Positions 28,072 through 32,000 of a stretch of DNA of 32,000 nt are shown here, piece by piece; position 1 is the first letter of the stretch; each line of letters begins with the position of its first letter. This DNA comes from Desulfobulbus propionicus DSM 2032. Its GTDB lineage: Bacteria > Desulfobacterota > Desulfobulbia > Desulfobulbales > Desulfobulbaceae. The notes beneath the pieces were generated by a model that worked only from the letters and a program-made list of their open reading frames with translations, was not told the origin of the DNA and made no database searches. Position numbers and translations under genes: made by a program. The stretch is taken from positions 2,460,001 to 2,492,000 of the forward strand of contig NC_014972.1 of assembly GCF_000186885.1 (NCBI RefSeq), given 5' to 3'.

Positions 28072-28728
28072 TCAGGCCGCCAGCTCACGCTGGCAGTGTT
28101 TGCAGACCATGGCCCGGGCTTTGATCAGTTCCGAGCAGTAAGGGCATTCCTTGACGAAGTTGCCGGCGAGCACCTGCGCGATGGCCAGGTTGACCTCCTG
28201 TTGCAGATGCGGATCCTTGAACACATGGTTGCGCAACGGTTCGATACAGGCCAGATCGTTCAACTTGGTCACCATCCCGACCGCCCGCTTGCGGTCATCG
28301 ATGCGCGCGGAGTCATCGAGGAGGATGGTCAACGCCGGCGCCAGATCGTTCTGCTCAACACAGGTGTCCAGGCAGGCCAACGCCTCCTGCTGCCGCTGAT
28401 AGCGTTCGCTCTGCCGCTTGAGGGCCTCGATGTCGACAATGGAGCCGGTAAAGGCTTCCTTGCCGACCACCATCATACTGTAGCTCTCCTTGGAATTGGG
28501 GATTTCCATGTAGCGATACGACCCTACATGGCCATATTGGTTGGCGATGTAATCCCACCCTTTGACAAAAAGCGGGCATCGGTCGTTGAGGCAGATGAAC
28601 AGGTATTCCGACCCCCAACCCAAACCATCACCAACATGCACGGCCGGCGCGTGGCATAGAACGAGATCGCCGCTGCAATGCGGACAGTAGTGTTTCTCTT
28701 CAAGATATTTCAGAACGGTCGATAACAT
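28072..28728 (-). CDS. Hypothetical protein with N- and C-terminal zinc-ribbon-like CxxC pairs
   Basis: HYCPHCSGDLVLCHA...; ECPYCSELIKARAMVCKHCQRELAA. Confidence 0.75.
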   Translation of the reverse strand: MLSTVLKYLEEKHYCPHCSGDLVLCHAPAVHVGDGLGWGSEYLFICLNDRCPLFVKGWDYIANQYGHVGSYRYMEIPNSKESYSMMVVGKEAFTGSIVDIEALKRQSERYQRQQEALACLDTCVEQNDLAPALTILLDDSARIDDRKRAVGMVTKLNDLACIEPLRNHVFKDPHLQQEVNLAIAQVLAGNFVKECPYCSELIKARAMVCKHCQRELAA

Positions 28729-28820
28729 AATGGGTCATGCACTCCTTAGGGTTGAGGGGTGATCGTTGTCTGCGGCAAGGGACAGGGCGGACCGCCGACC
28801 GGCGGGGCCTTCAGACCAGC

Positions 28821-28922
28821 TCACCCGCTACCCGGCCGTAACTCCGGCCGGAAAAGCAGAACAGCGCACCACAGGGCAAAAAGGGCCAGCAGGAACAGAT
28901 GTTGATGACGATTGTTTTTCAT
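28821..28922 (-). CDS. Possible 33-aa hydrophobic small membrane protein
   Basis: MKNNRHQHLFLLALFALWCAVLLFRPELRPGSG-stop; too short for the supplied ORF track. Speculative. Confidence 0.3.
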   Translation of the reverse strand: MKNNRHQHLFLLALFALWCAVLLFRPELRPGSG

Positions 28923-28969
28923 AATGCGGCAAAAATAACCATTGGCGTCCCCGCGGTCAACCAGGTGCC

Positions 28970-30655
28970 TCATAGCATCCGTCCCAGGACCTCGTCAACC
29001 GCCTTGGCCTGACGCATTCGCGCCTGGAGAAAGGTCTCGGTAAGGTGTTGGGCGTTTTCGTCGATCAGGCTGCACAGGCCGTTGATGGTGGCCGCATCCG
29101 CCATGCGGATCACCCGTTCCAGGTTTTTGGCGAAATCGCTGACGATTTTGCGGCTGTCCCCCGAGGTGGACATGATCTCCGCATAGGTCCGCGGATTTTG
29201 CGAATGGACCCTTGACATGGCCAGAATGGGATAGAGCGAGGTCAGGGTGCAGTGGCTGGCGATATCCTCGCTGGTGATGTGGTTCTCGTTCAGGGTCATA
29301 GCCAGGGCAACCGAAATCATGGTGGGCAGTTTTTGCCCAACCCCCATGAGCAAGTCATGCTTGGAGGGCGAATCGTGAAAGATGTCGGCACCGTGCTTGT
29401 AGAGGAAGGCCTCGAATTCGCTGCAGAACATGCCGCTGCGCGAGGTGCGGACCACGATGGCGTTCTTGTCCTTCATGGTGGCGGCCTGCGGCCCCCAGAG
29501 GTTGTGCACCAGCATGACCTCGACCTCTTCCTGGGTGGCTTCCAGGGCGCTCTTGATCGTTTCCTCGGACTCGCCGGCGAGCAGGATCAGGGCCTTGCCC
29601 GGCGCGAGCAGCGGGCCATACTGCCGGACCGTGGCCGAGGTGACCGAAATGGGCACGCAGACCACCACCACATCCACCCGCTCGATCATCTGTTCCGGGC
29701 GAAGGGTGGTGGTCCGCCCGGTCAGCATCACCTCATAGCCCTCGCTCGCCAGCCGGTCGGCAAACCATCGGCTCATGGCACCGGTGCCGATGAAGCCAAA
29801 CGACTTGATGTACTTGGTGCGCATGTCGACCCGGGGAAAGCTGCCCAGGAGACGAATCATGCCTTGCTGTTGGATAACCCGCGATTCGATATGGGCGATG
29901 GCGCTGGCCATGCGCTCACTGCCCACATGGCCCTCCGCTTCCAGATAGATACGCAGTTTCTGCGATTTGATATCGTTTTCCGTGCGCATGTCGACGATGT
30001 TGATGCCGCGCCGGGAGAACTCGTTGAGGATGTCGACCAGAATGCCCACCCGGTCATCCAGGGGTTCGGTGATCAGGGTGGTGGCGTCATAGCCCGTGGC
30101 CGGTGCCAGTTCATGGCCGAGCACCGCATAGCGGGTCCGGTTGTGCGGGGCCACCTCGCGTTCGATGATCCGCAGGCCGTGGGCGGTCAAGGTTTCGGCG
30201 CTGTCGACCACCGCCCTGCCCTTGACCTGGCCGCTTTCGCGGATCTCGGCAATGGCTTGGCTGACATCCTGCACGCTCACCTCGGTGATACCGGGGAGTT
30301 GGTTGTCGATGAACTCTTCGCACTGGTTGAACACCTCGCGCTTGCCCACCAGTATCCGCAGCCCAGCCACGGTTTCGTTCTCGTCGAACACGCCCAGGGA
30401 CAGATTGGAACTGAGAATGATGTTGCCGACCCAGTAGCCGCTCTTGATCTGATCGAAAAAACGGAAATACTGTTTCTTTTCCCCTTCCCGGGTATTATAC
30501 ACCGGCAGGACGGCATACTCGGTCTCGCGGGCGGCAAAGGCATCGAGCAGGGCCTTGACATGGGGATACGGCCGGATCTCCGCCTCGCCGTCGTACTGTA
30601 CGGCGGCCTGCCATGACGGCGAGTGTTCCGGGCCAAGGGTTGCGATCGTTTTCAT
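28970..30655 (-). CDS. Fusion of prephenate dehydratase-like domain, ACT domain and prephenate dehydrogenase-like domain
   Basis: 561 aa: MKTIATLGPEHSPSWQAAVQY...NRTRYAVLGHE (PDT-like), DRVGILVDILNEFSRRGINIVDMRTEN (ACT), SFGFIGTGAMSRWFADRLASEGYEVMLTGR...VVVVCVPISVTSATVRQYGPLL (TyrA-like NAD-binding). Confidence 0.8.
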   Translation of the reverse strand: MKTIATLGPEHSPSWQAAVQYDGEAEIRPYPHVKALLDAFAARETEYAVLPVYNTREGEKKQYFRFFDQIKSGYWVGNIILSSNLSLGVFDENETVAGLRILVGKREVFNQCEEFIDNQLPGITEVSVQDVSQAIAEIRESGQVKGRAVVDSAETLTAHGLRIIEREVAPHNRTRYAVLGHELAPATGYDATTLITEPLDDRVGILVDILNEFSRRGINIVDMRTENDIKSQKLRIYLEAEGHVGSERMASAIAHIESRVIQQQGMIRLLGSFPRVDMRTKYIKSFGFIGTGAMSRWFADRLASEGYEVMLTGRTTTLRPEQMIERVDVVVVCVPISVTSATVRQYGPLLAPGKALILLAGESEETIKSALEATQEEVEVMLVHNLWGPQAATMKDKNAIVVRTSRSGMFCSEFEAFLYKHGADIFHDSPSKHDLLMGVGQKLPTMISVALAMTLNENHITSEDIASHCTLTSLYPILAMSRVHSQNPRTYAEIMSTSGDSRKIVSDFAKNLERVIRMADAATINGLCSLIDENAQHLTETFLQARMRQAKAVDEVLGRML

Positions 30656-30903
30656 GTTGGGGTGTTCCTGGGTACATATTGACCAGTCCTGCGGGGGCCT
30701 CTCGCGCGGCGATCAGCGGCGGATGGCGGAGGACCGGTTGGGGTAAAAAACGAGGCGGCGTTCGGGCCGCATGCGGGGCACGCGATGGGACATCCGACAA
30801 AGGGTGGGCGTGCGGTGGCCGGGCGGCGCCGAACAATCACTCCAACAGGGTGCAATACAAGGTTAGTGCCGCGGAGTAAAGCTATTTTTGGCAATAGCGG
30901 ACG

Positions 30904-32000
30904 ATGAAGGTGAAGGCCGTGACAATGCAACCCATTCGGGGAACGGTGGCAGAGTATCTCGCCGCCCTCAAGAGTTCGAGCACATTCGGACCGCAGGTAG
31001 TGGCGCATCGGGTGACTGCTCCTCGCGAGGCCGTCACCCTCCCCCCTGACATGCTGATGCCGGCACTGCGGCAGCTGCTTGAGCTCCGGCGAATGGCTGG
31101 ACTCTATGCCCACCAGCACCAGGCCATTGGCCACATCCTCGCCGGCGGCAACACGGTGGTGGCCACCCCCACCGCCTCGGGCAAGAGCCTGATCTATACC
31201 CTGCCGGTTTTCCAGACGCTGTTGCATTATCCGGCGGCCAAGGCCCTCTACCTCTTTCCCCTTAAGGCCCTGGCCCAGGATCAACTCAAAACCGTGGAGC
31301 AGCTCTGGCACCTGCTGCCGGCAACCCTGCGGGGCGAATTACCGGTTGGGGCCATCTACGACGGCGACACCAGTGGCTACCGACGCAAGAAGATTCGCGA
31401 TGTTCCACCACCGATCATGATCACCAATCCGGACATGCTGCATCTGTCGCTGTTGCCCTACCATGACCGCTGGGCCCATTTTTGGGCCAACCTGCGGTAT
31501 GTGGTGATCGACGAGATCCACACCTATCGTGGGGTCTTCGGTTCGCACGTGGCCTGGGTGATACGGCGGCTCAAACGAATCTGCGCCCTCTATGGCTCCA
31601 GTCCCCTTTTCATCCTTGCCTCGGCGACCATCGGCAACCCCGGTGAACACGGGCGGTTGCTGATCGACGCGCCGGTGACCGAAATCACCCAATCCGGAGC
31701 CGGCAGCGCGGCGCGCCACACCCTGCTGCTCAATCCGCTCGAAAGCGCCGCCACCAGCGCCACTCGGTTGCTGGAGGCGGCGATCAGCCGTGAACTGCGC
31801 ACCATCGTTTACTGTCAGTCGCGCAAGATGACCGAGCTGATCACCGTTTGGACCGAGAAGCGGCTCAAGGAGCGCAAGGGATTGATCGCCTCCTACCGCT
31901 CAGGTTTCCTCCCAGAGGAACGGCGGGGTATCGAGGACCGGCTGGCCTCCGGCAGTTTGCTGGGGGTAATCTCCACCTCGGCCCTGGAACTGGGAATCGA
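30904..32000 (+). CDS. DEAD/DEAH-box helicase (N-terminal part, runs off the window)
   Basis: From ATG 30904 or 30925: MQPIRGTVAEYLAALKSS...YAHQHQAIGHILAGGNTVVATPTASGKSLIYTLPVFQ...VVIDEIHTYRGVFGSHVAWV...ILASATIGNP...GVISTSALELGI. Confidence 0.9.
   Translation, partial: MKVKAVTMQPIRGTVAEYLAALKSSSTFGPQVVAHRVTAPREAVTLPPDMLMPALRQLLELRRMAGLYAHQHQAIGHILAGGNTVVATPTASGKSLIYTLPVFQTLLHYPAAKALYLFPLKALAQDQLKTVEQLWHLLPATLRGELPVGAIYDGDTSGYRRKKIRDVPPPIMITNPDMLHLSLLPYHDRWAHFWANLRYVVIDEIHTYRGVFGSHVAWVIRRLKRICALYGSSPLFILASATIGNPGEHGRLLIDAPVTEITQSGAGSAARHTLLLNPLESAATSATRLLEAAISRELRTIVYCQSRKMTELITVWTEKRLKERKGLIASYRSGFLPEERRGIEDRLASGSLLGVISTSALELGI

Noticed and set aside
27991-28659. 222-aa plus-strand ORF overlapping tRNA-His
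   Set aside because: It runs antisense through the tRNA gene and the zinc-ribbon protein; the minus-strand ORF has the clear CxxC motifs.
1-32000. CRISPR arrays, retrons, DGR template/variable repeats, toxin-antitoxin or other defence systems
   Set aside because: No regularly spaced repeats, reverse transcriptase, or recognisable TA/R-M gene pairs were seen. The helicase at the right edge is incomplete and cannot be assigned to a defence system from this window.

Overview
Chromosomal window that looks like a deltaproteobacterial (Desulfobulbaceae-like) genome; the lineage is inferred from gene content only. Left part (1-7.5 kb): metabolic/redox genes, mostly on the minus strand: PNPOx-like protein, a glutaredoxin-FTR catalytic subunit fusion, a cyclase, zwf, gnd, a redoxin-family ORF broken by one in-frame TGA at the position of a CxxC cysteine (probable selenoprotein), diacylglycerol kinase, an OYE-family reductase and a UDP-glucuronate decarboxylase. 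Middle (7.7-22.3 kb): a flagellar filament locus with two flagellins flanking a glycosyltransferase/methyltransferase/TPR cassette, then flaG, fliD, fliS, a small chaperone-like ORF, two tandem PilZ proteins, a FliK-like protein and a stand-alone FlhB C-domain-like protein. Right part (22.3-32 kb): monoheme c-type cytochrome, flavin reductase-like protein, MFS exporter, an accessory scar (IS3-family element with a likely -1 frameshift site, next to a decayed and truncated P4-type integrase near tRNA-His), a zinc-ribbon protein, a prephenate dehydratase-like/ACT/prephenate dehydrogenase fusion, and the start of a DEAD/DEAH helicase. No CRISPR array or recognisable new defence system was seen. 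The best candidates for follow-up are the TGA-interrupted redoxin, the flagellin-flanked modification cassette, the PDT-ACT-TyrA fusion and the tRNA-His/integrase/IS scar.
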